From a virus, in the IMG/VR virus record IMGVR_UViG_3300021420_000017, positions 32,001 through 96,000 of that record: DNA of 64,000 nucleotides. One strand, 5' to 3'. The position numbers and the translations under genes are program-made. Below, piece after piece: positions 9,332 through 17,963 of this stretch. Every line of letters starts with the position of its first letter. Within the stretch, counting starts at the first letter, position 1. The notes beneath the pieces were generated by a model. The model saw nothing but the letters and a program-made list of their open reading frames with translations. It did not search any database and was not told the DNA's origin.

Positions 9332-9993
9332 TGTACCCGGCGGCGCAGACCTATTGGCTGGAACCCACCAAGACGGTCGCAGTGGGTCTGCGCCGCTACA
9401 CATCCCCTCCGTGGGCGACCGGCGAGCCCCGAGACTGTGAGCACGGTTGGCATGACGTCCTGGTCTATATCGGCCGAGATGAGGCCCAGTTCAACGAGCA
9501 TGGCTATCGCGACTCCTGGTCGGAGGCCCCGCAACATGATGATCCCCGCTGGCCAACCCGGTGCGAGCGCTGTGACTATGTCTTTACTGCTGAGGACACC
9601 TGGCAGCCGTGGTCTGAACTGATCTACCAGCAGCCCGGCACGGGCAAGGAGTACGTCATCCATTCGAACCCGGCGTGCTCAGCGCAAGCGGTGGGCGCTC
9701 CACAGGCTGCTCCAGGGGCCTGTTATGACGCCTGGTGGTATCACCGCAAGGGCCCGGATGGGATCTCGCTCGCGGTTGTCTTGCCGAATCAGAATGTCTG
9801 GCTGGTTGACTCCGAGGCCAACAACTGCACGCGCAAGGGTGAGTCACACTATTGCTGGATCCGCAAGGGCGACCCGAAGGCGGGCACGGTGACCGTGGGC
9901 AAGGACGGCAATACGTGCGCGGCCGGAGCGGGATCGATTCAATCAGGGGAATACCACGGGTTTTTGCAGAATGGTGTACTTACGGCCGGATAG
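9331..9993 (+). CDS. Cys/His-rich hypothetical protein (220 aa)
   Basis: TGATG coupling; CxxC and C-terminal YHGFLQNGVL. Confidence 0.75.
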   Translation: MYPAAQTYWLEPTKTVAVGLRRYTSPPWATGEPRDCEHGWHDVLVYIGRDEAQFNEHGYRDSWSEAPQHDDPRWPTRCERCDYVFTAEDTWQPWSELIYQQPGTGKEYVIHSNPACSAQAVGAPQAAPGACYDAWWYHRKGPDGISLAVVLPNQNVWLVDSEANNCTRKGESHYCWIRKGDPKAGTVTVGKDGNTCAAGAGSIQSGEYHGFLQNGVLTAG

Positions 9994-10033
9994 CAACAGC
10001 CCACGCCGGGAGCCATCTCGACGTGGGCTGTTG
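9994..10033. terminator. Hairpin between convergent transcription units
   Basis: CAACAGCCCACG / CGTGGGCTGTTG 12-bp stem plus inner stem. Confidence 0.7.
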
Positions 10034-10058
10034 GTCTGTGGAGTCTCGGTGTTTGAGA

Positions 10059-10211
10059 CTATTTCGAGGGTACGATCTGCACTTGGTAGCCGCCTTCGAC
10101 AGCGACCGCTTTCTCGGCTTCGGCAGTCGTGCGACCTACCCACCCGGTCCAAATCGTCCATTCCTCCTGCGCGGCTGATTCACGGATCTCGACCGTCTAG
10201 ATGCTGTCCAT
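10059..10211 (-). pseudogene. 50-codon ORF with an in-frame TAG at codon 5
   Basis: TGATG-coupled ATG, then MDSI*TVEIRESAAQEEWTIWTGW...PSK stop. Confidence 0.45.
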
Positions 10212-10798
10212 CAGTGGGATCCATGAGTTATGGCGCTCGCCAGGATGGCGTACCAGCTCGTTAGATCGATCCCCCCGCTGAGGGCTGTGCGTTGCGCCCC
10301 GTCTTCCTCACCGCGCCGATGACGCATCAAGGCATATTCGATCACCATCTGGTGCTCAGGCGAGTCGTAGCCGAAGCGCTGAGCCCGGGTCATGCCAGCC
10401 TCGACGTCGATCGCGTCCACGTTAACGCCGGGCGTAAGCGGGCTGCCGTCCGAGGTCCGGCCGCGACTTACCGAAGTTATCCGCATGAGCCACGCCTTTT
10501 CCTCGCTGGCTATTAGTTCAGCGGCCAGCGCGGCCCACGCCTCGTTGAGGGTCTCGAACAGGTCGCCGTGGCAGGCATCGCGACCTGTGTTTGTGCGCAC
10601 GTCCCAGCCGCATTCTCGATCGTGCTCGATGCCACCGGGGCAATAGCTGTGATTCGCACCAAACTTGCCCTCGCGCATTGGGTGCGGACCTTCGCAGAAT
10701 GACACCTCACGCGCCCGACCTATTGCGTAGCCACGAGGGTTCGTGACCCACTCGCCGTCCTTGAAGTCGAGCGTGAGCCCGTGTCGGGTGCGCTTCAT
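10211..10798 (-). CDS. Hypothetical protein (195 aa)
   Basis: TGATG coupling to upstream gene. Confidence 0.7.
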   Translation of the reverse strand: MKRTRHGLTLDFKDGEWVTNPRGYAIGRAREVSFCEGPHPMREGKFGANHSYCPGGIEHDRECGWDVRTNTGRDACHGDLFETLNEAWAALAAELIASEEKAWLMRITSVSRGRTSDGSPLTPGVNVDAIDVEAGMTRAQRFGYDSPEHQMVIEYALMRHRRGEEDGAQRTALSGGIDLTSWYAILASAITHGSH

Positions 10799-11346
10799 CA
10801 GCGAGCTGCGCAGACTGGCCCGAGGCCTCTAACGACTGACTCGGCTGCCTTGAGCATCCGACCGCAGTCCCCGCAGAAGCCGTAGCGTACTGCGAAGTCA
10901 TGGAAGCGGTCCTCGGTCACCTTCCAGGATGAGTCGATCTGCTCCAGGGGAAACGAGCGCCACTCGAACTTCACGAACTCGCCCGCCTTGGTGACCCGTG
11001 TCCCGCCGATCTCGACCAGCAGGCTGGCTCGCATCCCGGCCGCCGTGTTGATGACCTTATGCACCTTGTCAGTGATCGGGTGGATGTAGATACCCGTCTC
11101 AGTGGGTACGTGCAGTTTGTTGGTGTCGGCGAGTTTGGGGAGCGCCTTCAGGTCTTCGATCAGCTCGCTGGCCTGCTTGCTGTTGGCGACCGCGAAGTAA
11201 CGCTCGCGGATTCCGTCAAACTCGACGGAAGGCCGCAGGAAGCGGTCATTGATCAGGTCCACGCAGAACTTGGCCTGCCTGCGGGTCATGCTCGGGTGGT
11301 AAGGCCCGTCGGCCTCGGTTTGCCGGATTGCGCTCATGTTGCTCAT
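10798..11346 (-). CDS. DUF6011-type C-terminal Zn-finger protein
   Basis: C-terminal CGDCGRMLKAAESVVRGLGPVC; AGGAG SD before ATG 11346. Confidence 0.75.
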   Translation of the reverse strand: MSNMSAIRQTEADGPYHPSMTRRQAKFCVDLINDRFLRPSVEFDGIRERYFAVANSKQASELIEDLKALPKLADTNKLHVPTETGIYIHPITDKVHKVINTAAGMRASLLVEIGGTRVTKAGEFVKFEWRSFPLEQIDSSWKVTEDRFHDFAVRYGFCGDCGRMLKAAESVVRGLGPVCAAR

Positions 11347-11362
11347 GATGGCTCCTAGGTTG

Positions 11363-11405
11363 TTGGCGACTGAGTCCAACCTACCGGCGCGGCGATGAGT
11401 ATCAA
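11363..11405 (-). promoter_or_regulatory. Early promoter plus GTCGCCAA box
   Basis: TTGATA-CTC, 16-bp spacer, TAGGTT, then GTCGCCAA and AGGAG. Confidence 0.7.
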
Positions 11406-11489
11406 GGTCTGCGGTTCTGGCTTTCGTTTTCGATCTCTTGAGCGATATGCCAGCGGGCGGCATCAAGAGTCCAGACCTTGATCGGCTCG

Positions 11490-11702
11490 TCATCGAAGTA
11501 GTAGATCGTCCAGTCGTAGCGACCCCATCGCTTTGTGGTGGCTCGGATGACTCTGCGTTCTTCTCGATGACGCGCGTAGGGCGCGATCTCCCTTGCCGGG
11601 CTCGGGCGTGAATGTGGACTTGGCCTTCTGCCGCCGGAGTTTGCCAACGTGGTAGTTCAGGGCCCGGTAGAGCAGTTTGATGTCGTGCTCATCCAGCTCC
11701 AT
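11490..11702 (-). CDS. Hypothetical protein (70 aa)
   Basis: Coupled ORF in leftward operon. Confidence 0.55.
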   Translation of the reverse strand: MELDEHDIKLLYRALNYHVGKLRRQKAKSTFTPEPGKGDRALRASSRRTQSHPSHHKAMGSLRLDDLLLR

Positions 11703-11926
11703 CAGGCCACCTCACCCTCACTGTCGTTATACCAAGGACCGGTGATTTGGGCGCTGTGTACCACCTCGACCTCGGCGAACATTTCCAATGCCTTCCCTGT
11801 GCTCCAGAGCATCGTGATTTCGGATTCGGCCTGCCGACGGGAGTAGGCGGTATGAATGTGGTATTGATTCACGAGCATCGAATCGGGGTCGATTACTTTC
11901 ATGCGAATGCCCCAGTAGAGATCCAT
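11702..11926 (-). CDS. Hypothetical protein (74 aa)
   Basis: TGATG coupling. Confidence 0.6.
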   Translation of the reverse strand: MDLYWGIRMKVIDPDSMLVNQYHIHTAYSRRQAESEITMLWSTGKALEMFAEVEVVHSAQITGPWYNDSEGEVA

Positions 11927-12807
11927 CAGGTCACCTCCTCAGTCGGGTCCAGGCCGATGCCCGCAGCGATCGTGTTGACTGCTTTGAGCACGTTCTGGGC
12001 GGCCGCCTGCAGCACCTCGGGCTTACTGTTGGCCCAGCCTGCGACGTAGCTGATCGAGCTGGCGTCCAGGTCGAGCCCGAGCAGCCCGGCGAGCACGTAG
12101 GCAGCTGATTCGGCTTCGGTCTCGGCCAGGCCCCGGTGGGCCACGTACTCGGCCGAATCCTTGTGCAGGAGTGCGTGCGCCGCCTCGTGCAGTAGTACCG
12201 CGAGCTGGGCATCGATACCGAGCTTGTCACTCAGCGCGATGCGCTTGCCTACGTGGCTGGTGTAGCCCTCCAGGCCGCTCCGGGTCTCCTCGGTTTCGAC
12301 GATCCAGCCCTCCACGGCGAGCCAAGTCTTGAGCAGGTTCAGTTGGAATCCGTGGTCGCTGCTCTCGGGCAGGACGCAACCCTGATCGGGCAGATCATCG
12401 CCCTCTGTTTGGGAGACGTCGAAGACGCTCAGGATGGGGAAGGTTGGGATCTGTGACTCCTCGTCCTCGCCGGTGGCGGGATTGGTCTGTACTACCTTGC
12501 GGCTGGAGTAGCCCAGAATCTTGATGGCCCTCTCGCCCTTGCGGACCTGGCGACCGAACTCCTGCCACTTGCGGAATCCGGCCACGCGGGTGGCGTCCGG
12601 GCGCTGGGTGAGGATCAGCATCTGGTTGTTGAAACTGTACTTGCGGAAGGCTCTTGTGAAGTTCAGGTAGGCGATCCACTCAGCCGAGTTGGACAGGGTG
12701 GTGATCTTGCCGTTCAGGGTCTCCAGCAGCGCCTCGCGCTCGGCGCGGTGTTGCTCGGGGGTCTTGCTCGCTTTCCTGGCGGCGAGACGGGTCTTCATGG
12801 CGGTCAT
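11926..12807 (-). CDS. ardC: ArdC-like anti-restriction protein (ssDNA-binding N-terminus plus HExxH metallopeptidase-like domain)
   Basis: FRKYSFNNQMLI..Q.P.ATRVAGFRKW..GRQVRKGE; LLHEAAH; ETEAESAAY; GAGGAG SD before ATG 12807. Confidence 0.85.
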   Translation of the reverse strand: MTAMKTRLAARKASKTPEQHRAEREALLETLNGKITTLSNSAEWIAYLNFTRAFRKYSFNNQMLILTQRPDATRVAGFRKWQEFGRQVRKGERAIKILGYSSRKVVQTNPATGEDEESQIPTFPILSVFDVSQTEGDDLPDQGCVLPESSDHGFQLNLLKTWLAVEGWIVETEETRSGLEGYTSHVGKRIALSDKLGIDAQLAVLLHEAAHALLHKDSAEYVAHRGLAETEAESAAYVLAGLLGLDLDASSISYVAGWANSKPEVLQAAAQNVLKAVNTIAAGIGLDPTEEVT

Positions 12808-13031
12808 GATGGCTCCTCGGTGGTACGTGGCGACGATGCAGACGATGTGGTTCCGAACTTGTGCAGCCAGATCTCTTGCTCGATGTAGGCGCGGGTGGCC
12901 CCGCCGGTCTTGGTGTCGAAGTGCCCGCACGAGCAGGTGGCGTCATAGCCCCACTGCCCGCGCATCCTGGTTGTATGTCTGATGCGCTCGCTCCCGGCGT
13001 AGACCCACCAGCGGATGTTGTGGGCGGCCAT
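12804..13031 (-). CDS. Hypothetical protein (75 aa)
   Basis: TGATG-coupled start MAAHNIRWW. Confidence 0.6.
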   Translation of the reverse strand: MAAHNIRWWVYAGSERIRHTTRMRGQWGYDATCSCGHFDTKTGGATRAYIEQEIWLHKFGTTSSASSPRTTEEPS

Positions 13032-13279
13032 CAGTAGTGCATCGGTCCGGAGCATAGCCACGCAGCCATACCATGCTCGCAGGTGGCCTCGGTCATGGCC
13101 ATGAGTTCGGCCAGATCGGCAGTGCCTATGCCTGGGCAGCGGTAGTAGTTGGTGTTGAGTGCCCGGTAGATGTGGGGGTCGTGGGCCTCGTAGGTATCGC
13201 AGAAGGCGTCCGGCCGGGGCTGGTCCATCTCTGGGATGAAGGTGTCGTAGTCCTCTTCGTACTCGGCGATCTCGCTCAT
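13031..13279 (-). CDS. Cys/His-containing hypothetical protein (82 aa)
   Basis: AGGAG SD before ATG 13279. Confidence 0.65.
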   Translation of the reverse strand: MSEIAEYEEDYDTFIPEMDQPRPDAFCDTYEAHDPHIYRALNTNYYRCPGIGTADLAELMAMTEATCEHGMAAWLCSGPMHY

Positions 13280-13295
13280 GATGGCTCCTATTCGT

Positions 13296-13414
13296 TTGGC
13301 GACTGAGGACAACTCTACCGGACGGTGATCGAGTAACAAGTGTGCTCTGTGATGATCGACAGTGAGCGAGTCGTTCGCTTGTTACTCGATCATGGTTGGG
13401 TAATGTATGACCTG
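13296..13414. promoter_or_regulatory. Back-to-back promoters sharing a perfect 15-bp inverted repeat
   Basis: TGATCGAGTAACAAG (13326-13340) / CTTGTTACTCGATCA (13378-13392); each TTGTTA has a 16-bp spacer to TAGAGT or TAATGT. Confidence 0.75.
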
Positions 13415-13440
13415 TAGCCAAACACGCAGGGAGTCACCTC

Positions 13441-13653
13441 ATGGACAGCACTGAGATTGACAAGACAGCAGACGGAGTAGAGATCCAACCGGGACTGGTC
13501 GTGTGGACCAATGATTATGTCCAGGCTCGCGTGGTTGGTCCACAGACCTACCGCAACCCGAATGAGCGCCAGTGGTACGACATGGAGACCTTAGATGGCA
13601 AGCATTCGGCCATGATGGATGGTCCTCGCATGAGCGTACGCAAGCCTTTCTAG
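13441..13653 (+). CDS. Hypothetical protein (70 aa)
   Basis: GGGAG SD; first gene after rightward promoter. Confidence 0.65.
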   Translation: MDSTEIDKTADGVEIQPGLVVWTNDYVQARVVGPQTYRNPNERQWYDMETLDGKHSAMMDGPRMSVRKPF

Positions 13654-13678
13654 TTACTGCGATCACATTGGAGTCTTG

Positions 13679-13906
13679 ATGAGTCAACTGAAAGTATCGC
13701 CTAGCACTCGCATCGGGATGAAACGGGGATCGCAGATCGCGTTCCCCGCTCTGCACGTAGTCACCGGCATTCGTGACTGGCACTCAGGGATACTTGGCAG
13801 GTCCGAGTGCGGGCTCCTCTGCAACGTGCTCGAAGCCGTCGCCGACGACAGCAAGGTGCAACTGTGCGAGAGATGCCGCCGTTCGCTCGGTTGGGATCGT
13901 GCTTGA
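13679..13906 (+). CDS. Hypothetical Cys-containing protein (75 aa)
   Basis: GGAG SD. Confidence 0.55.
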   Translation: MSQLKVSPSTRIGMKRGSQIAFPALHVVTGIRDWHSGILGRSECGLLCNVLEAVADDSKVQLCERCRRSLGWDRA

Positions 13907-13945
13907 TACTCGTCGCTGCATCGATAGATTGATCTCAGTCGCCAA
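13903..13945 (+). promoter_or_regulatory. Early promoter plus GTCGCCAA box
   Basis: TTGATA-CTC, 16-bp spacer, TAGATT; box at 13938. Confidence 0.7.
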
Positions 13946-13964
13946 GCACACGAGGAGCCAAATC

Positions 13965-14621
13965 ATGATCAGCACGCAGACCGAGATGGCTGCCCACGAT
14001 AAGGTCACTTGGGAGTTCTACATCGAGGCCGTCCGCGCCGGTGCGATGCGCATGGCGGCCGACGCGACGGTGGCGAGCTACTACGAGTCGCTCAACTCCA
14101 AGAAGTCCTGGGAACGCATGAGCGTGTCGAGCTGGGACATCGAGTCGATGAAGGACCGTGCCGCGCAAGCGTTGGCAACTGAGTCGCAGTGGCAGGCGCG
14201 CCTAGAGGCTCACGAGAAGGCCTACACCGGCTGGAGCCGCTTCTGGTGCGTGCCGAACGGCCACATCCACTCCTCGCGCAACTGCTCGACCTGCAACAAG
14301 ATGGGCAAGCCCACCGAGTTCTACCTTGCCCACGAGGTCAGCGGGATGGATGAGGCCGCTGCGGTCGCCGCCCAGGGCCCGGTACTGTGCACCACCTGCT
14401 TCCCGACCGCCCCGCTGGACTGGACCAATGGTCTCGATGAGGCGGCCAAGGCCAAGAAGGCGGCCGAGTGCCCCGGCTCACGCACGTACGACTATGACAC
14501 CCAGACGGCCCGTATGGGCTACTACGCCGGTAACGCGGGTACCTGCAATCACTGCGGCGGTCGGATCACTCTGACTTCCGCCAACAAGCTCCGTGGCCAT
14601 AAGCCCGAGAAGAAGGATTGA
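13965..14621 (+). CDS. Zn-binding hypothetical protein (218 aa)
   Basis: HIHSSRNCSTC, LCTTCFP, CNHCGG; GAGGAG SD. Confidence 0.8.
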   Translation: MISTQTEMAAHDKVTWEFYIEAVRAGAMRMAADATVASYYESLNSKKSWERMSVSSWDIESMKDRAAQALATESQWQARLEAHEKAYTGWSRFWCVPNGHIHSSRNCSTCNKMGKPTEFYLAHEVSGMDEAAAVAAQGPVLCTTCFPTAPLDWTNGLDEAAKAKKAAECPGSRTYDYDTQTARMGYYAGNAGTCNHCGGRITLTSANKLRGHKPEKKD

Positions 14622-14624
14622 GAT

Positions 14625-15056
14625 ATGCCTCCTCGCAAGCGATTTAACGTGTGGTCCTACGACGCGCGGAGTACGCGCTGGATGGTGGTATTTGAGAATG
14701 TTCCTGAGGATGAAGCGCTCGCTGATGTCGCGAGGAAGACCAGCTCGGCGGCGCGGTTCGGAATAGAAGGCCACTGGGTCGTCAAGCCGATGGGCCAAGA
14801 GCCCACTCTGATAGACCGGTCCAGGGTGACCGAGGCTCCGGTTGAGGAGAAGGCCGCCGCGTTCGATCCGACTGCGTTGCCTGATGGGTCGGTGATCTCG
14901 TTCGGAGTGGATCTGATCCTCATCCGCAACCATCCGACCAAGTGGAGCGCTTGGTGCGCGACTAACGGTTCAAACTGGAGCGATGACGTGCTGCGCGCCG
15001 AATCGAAGAGGTCATGCGCTCCTGTAGTCCAGGTACTGCGCCGGGGATGGGAATGA
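14625..15056 (+). CDS. Hypothetical protein (143 aa)
   Basis: ORF in operon. Confidence 0.65.
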   Translation: MPPRKRFNVWSYDARSTRWMVVFENVPEDEALADVARKTSSAARFGIEGHWVVKPMGQEPTLIDRSRVTEAPVEEKAAAFDPTALPDGSVISFGVDLILIRNHPTKWSAWCATNGSNWSDDVLRAESKRSCAPVVQVLRRGWE

Positions 15057-15526
15057 TCAAGACCTTGATCGAGGCTGTCGGCGGCGTGATCTATGTCGGT
15101 GTTGGTCTTAAAGTACTGAGTCTGAACTACCGGCGCGGGGGCCACGAGGCATCTCGATTGCATCAGAAAGCTATCGAGGTGGAGAAAAGCCGCTGGCCGA
15201 ACGGGATCGATGATGAGTATTCGCGGGCTGCGATCAGGGCTCGCGAGCGGCTCTACCGAGTGGGTCTGTACTCGGGGATCTACTGGCGCGCGCTGCTTTG
15301 GCCCCTGCTGATCCCTGTCGGGACGGTGTCGTTCGGTCTCAAGTTCCTCGTGGGGCGCCTGAGAGCCAACTGGAGCGAGGGATATCGACTAGGGCAGGTC
15401 GAGGTCGAGCTTGCGCGTGTACGTGAGCGTGAGCGAGTCGAGCAGGAGGCCATCTTTGTCTCCGATCCCGAGCTGCGGCAGGCGCGGGAGGTCGTTGCTC
15501 GCGACTCGCTCGGGAGAGGCGCTTGA
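15053..15526 (+). CDS. Probable membrane protein (157 aa)
   Basis: Two hydrophobic segments; ATGA overlap. Confidence 0.65.
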   Translation: MIKTLIEAVGGVIYVGVGLKVLSLNYRRGGHEASRLHQKAIEVEKSRWPNGIDDEYSRAAIRARERLYRVGLYSGIYWRALLWPLLIPVGTVSFGLKFLVGRLRANWSEGYRLGQVEVELARVRERERVEQEAIFVSDPELRQAREVVARDSLGRGA

Positions 15527-15577
15527 TTTACTTGTAGGGATGCAAGTACTATATGTAAAGTTCGAATATGTCGCCAA
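15523..15577 (+). promoter_or_regulatory. Promoter plus GTCGCCAA box
   Basis: TTGATT, 18-bp spacer containing the TACTTG/CAAGTA inverted repeat, TACTAT; box at 15570. Confidence 0.65.
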
Positions 15578-15595
15578 ACAAGTAGGAGTCTCAAC

Positions 15596-15709
15596 ATGCT
15601 AGGAAGATTGACAGACAGAGGGCGGTTTGTCTTCATTGTGATCCCCTCTGTGTCTGTGCTCGCCTTCGTTCTGACCCTGGCGGTCATCGCTGTGATCGGG
15701 CCGCGTTGA
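15596..15709 (+). CDS. 37-aa single-TM microprotein (not in ORF track)
   Basis: AGGAG SD; MLGRLTDRGRFVFIVIPSVSVLAFVLTLAVIAVIGPR; TGATG coupling to next gene. Confidence 0.65.
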   Translation: MLGRLTDRGRFVFIVIPSVSVLAFVLTLAVIAVIGPR

Positions 15710-15924
15710 TGGCCACGCAGAGCGCCGGGGAGAACGAGGCCGACCCCTGGGTCACTAGGGAGGATGCGTCCAGCGCATGGTTGATGTTCATCGAGCTGAA
15801 TGCTCATGATCTCGGTCGTGAAGGTCTGGAGGCCATGCTCGCGGGGGTGACGGGGCCCAGTGTCTACGCTCAGCTACTCGATGATCTGGGCGACCCGTTC
15901 CGCCCGATGGAGGAGGCAGCATGA
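15709..15924 (+). CDS. Hypothetical protein (71 aa)
   Basis: Coupled ORF. Confidence 0.6.
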   Translation: MATQSAGENEADPWVTREDASSAWLMFIELNAHDLGREGLEAMLAGVTGPSVYAQLLDDLGDPFRPMEEAA

Positions 15925-16328
15925 TCACGCAGGGATATGTGAGCTTGAGCCTGATAGCTCTCGGAACCGTGATGGCGGTGCTGATCTCGCGGCACAGAAG
16001 GTTGGGCCTTGTCGATGACACAGAGGCTATGCGTTATTGGGGGCGTCTGCGTGAGTCCGAGGGGCGTCGGGGGAGTGAGATGCGCCCGGGGATCGTTCGT
16101 GCGACTAGCCATGTCGTCGCTTCATGCGGTACAACTGACACCACTACCCCCGCATCCGAGGAGCTAGTTGATGCTGACAGCGAGCGATCTTTCGCCCTCG
16201 GGGCTTACGTCGCGCAGCTACGATCTGCCCGACGGTACCTATCAGCTCATGCAACTTCCCAGCGGGATGTGGGCAGTGCGTACGCCGGACGACACAGACT
16301 GGTCCGAGAAGTTCAGCTCGCGGCGTGA
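15921..16328 (+). CDS. Hypothetical protein with N-terminal TM; 3' half overlaps another ORF
   Basis: GGAGG SD; hydrophobic N-terminus. Confidence 0.5.
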   Translation: MITQGYVSLSLIALGTVMAVLISRHRRLGLVDDTEAMRYWGRLRESEGRRGSEMRPGIVRATSHVVASCGTTDTTTPASEELVDADSERSFALGAYVAQLRSARRYLSAHATSQRDVGSAYAGRHRLVREVQLAA

Positions 16329-16365
16329 AGCGAATCTCGCGATTGCCTCCGGCGCGTTGCGCTAG
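16171..16365 (+). CDS. Hypothetical protein (64 aa), overlapping the previous ORF
   Basis: GAGGAG SD; protein-like DGTYQLMQLPSGMWAVR..FSSRREA. Confidence 0.55.
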   Translation: MLTASDLSPSGLTSRSYDLPDGTYQLMQLPSGMWAVRTPDDTDWSEKFSSRREANLAIASGALR

Positions 16366-16413
16366 TCACGCAATCCTCGACTGCGATAGCGGTAGTGTTC
16401 GGCTCGATCGCTG

Positions 16414-16803
16414 ATGCCGCAGCTCAAGGCGCGCTTTCACAAGGGCCTCACAGCGAGGTTGCGCTCAGTCATGAGGATGAGTGGCATTGCCTTCGATGAG
16501 GAGCTAGCTCAGTTCGCCCTTGCGGGGAAGCGGATGTTGAGCGAGCCAGAACTCGGTGTTCTTGATCGCGCCAAACATGATGTTCATCAGCACCGTTTCG
16601 AATTGATGCGCCTATGGGAAGGCAAACATCCAGGACAGAAGCCTTTCGCACCATCCTTCCCTCAGCGAATCCTGGATGAGATGAAGAAAATCTACGACTC
16701 GGTAGACGAGGGCGAAGTATCCGCTCTGGAAATACGCATGATGCTCGATAACATCATCACGATGTGTAAGAGTGAGCTAGATGACGATGACGACAAAGAC
16801 TAA
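16414..16803 (+). CDS. Hypothetical protein (129 aa)
   Basis: ORF. Confidence 0.65.
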   Translation: MPQLKARFHKGLTARLRSVMRMSGIAFDEELAQFALAGKRMLSEPELGVLDRAKHDVHQHRFELMRLWEGKHPGQKPFAPSFPQRILDEMKKIYDSVDEGEVSALEIRMMLDNIITMCKSELDDDDDKD

Positions 16804-16821
16804 CCTCGATCAAGGAGCAGA

Positions 16822-17430
16822 ATGCCCGCATCACAGAACCTGAGTGTCTACCTCTCGCAGGAGATGGCTGACGAAGTGGCCGAGGCGAAGGAAGCCGGGC
16901 TCATCGACCCCAAGGAGGTCGTCAAGGCCGCGCTGCTTGTCGCTCTGCATCCCGAGCAAGTCCAAGACACTGTCAGCACGCAGGGCGAGGACCACGAGCA
17001 TGTCGTTCTCCTGTCTGGCCTCGTGACACAGGCTGCTGCTGCCAAGGATCAGCTTTCCGAGATCCTGACGCTCGACAGCCCTGATGGGGTCGAGTGGGCC
17101 GAGGTGACCGCCAAGGTCAAGCTGCTCATGGCCGAGTACCGCCGACTGCGCGCGCTGGAGCTGGAGGCGAGTCAGACGGATGAGCCTCAGCCCGATGTGA
17201 ATACGTCCAACTTCATCAGCGCCCGGGCCCAGGATGAGTATGTGAACGAGCCCGTGACAGGGCGGGGTCACAGTGGTGTGCCTATTGTTTACGAACTGAC
17301 TTTCGCCAACACTGTCGATGAGTTCAATGGTCGGCTGGAGGTCATTCAGGCCAATAATGGTTGGATCCAGTCACACTCCGAGAACCCGGATGGCAGCTTC
17401 AGTCTGCTCGTCGCGTGGCCGCAATCATGA
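16822..17430 (+). CDS. Hypothetical protein (202 aa)
   Basis: AAGGAG SD. Confidence 0.75.
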   Translation: MPASQNLSVYLSQEMADEVAEAKEAGLIDPKEVVKAALLVALHPEQVQDTVSTQGEDHEHVVLLSGLVTQAAAAKDQLSEILTLDSPDGVEWAEVTAKVKLLMAEYRRLRALELEASQTDEPQPDVNTSNFISARAQDEYVNEPVTGRGHSGVPIVYELTFANTVDEFNGRLEVIQANNGWIQSHSENPDGSFSLLVAWPQS

Positions 17431-17477
17431 CCTGGGCGCCCGCGTGGCCACCCAGGCGTGGCCTGCGGTAGTTCGGC

Positions 17478-17963
17478 ATGACTGTGTGCCGGGCTCACCA
17501 CCCGGAGTACTCCACGGTGATGTGCAATAAGAGCGCCAGTCATCAGCAGCACAGTGGCTATCTGGATCAGCATGGCTATATCGACTGGGTCAATGAGGAG
17601 TACGTGCCGCCGCCTGCAAAGCCCGGCGCCCATGGTGCGCTCCTCAAGCAGTTAACTGCCCAAGTGCCGCGCCCGATGGTGCGCAAGGACGATCCGCCGA
17701 CCGCGCACCAGGCGATCAGCAGTTACCAGCCCAACCTCAAGACCCGCAAGGGCGCAGTCGCGCAGTATCTGATTAGGCACCTGGGACAGTGGATCGACGC
17801 CCCTACCTTCGCCCATGAGGATGTCGGCGGCTTCGCTGGGACTCGCAGGCTCAGGGAGCTGCGCGAGGATCACGGTTGGCCAATCAGCACCCGGGAGAAG
17901 CCGGGTCATCCGAATCTCTGGCAGCACCGGCTCGATGAGATGCCTGAGGCAGGAGATCGGTGA
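17478..17963 (+). CDS. Probable winged-HTH DNA-binding protein
   Basis: VAQYLIRHLGQWI...GTRRLRELREDHGWPI. Confidence 0.6.
   Translation: MTVCRAHHPEYSTVMCNKSASHQQHSGYLDQHGYIDWVNEEYVPPPAKPGAHGALLKQLTAQVPRPMVRKDDPPTAHQAISSYQPNLKTRKGAVAQYLIRHLGQWIDAPTFAHEDVGGFAGTRRLRELREDHGWPISTREKPGHPNLWQHRLDEMPEAGDR

Noticed and set aside
10197-10199. Genome-wide amber recoding
   Set aside because: TAG terminates many genes (for example at 1491, 9993, 13653, 54795, 60820), long genes are uninterrupted, and no suppressor tRNA is seen.
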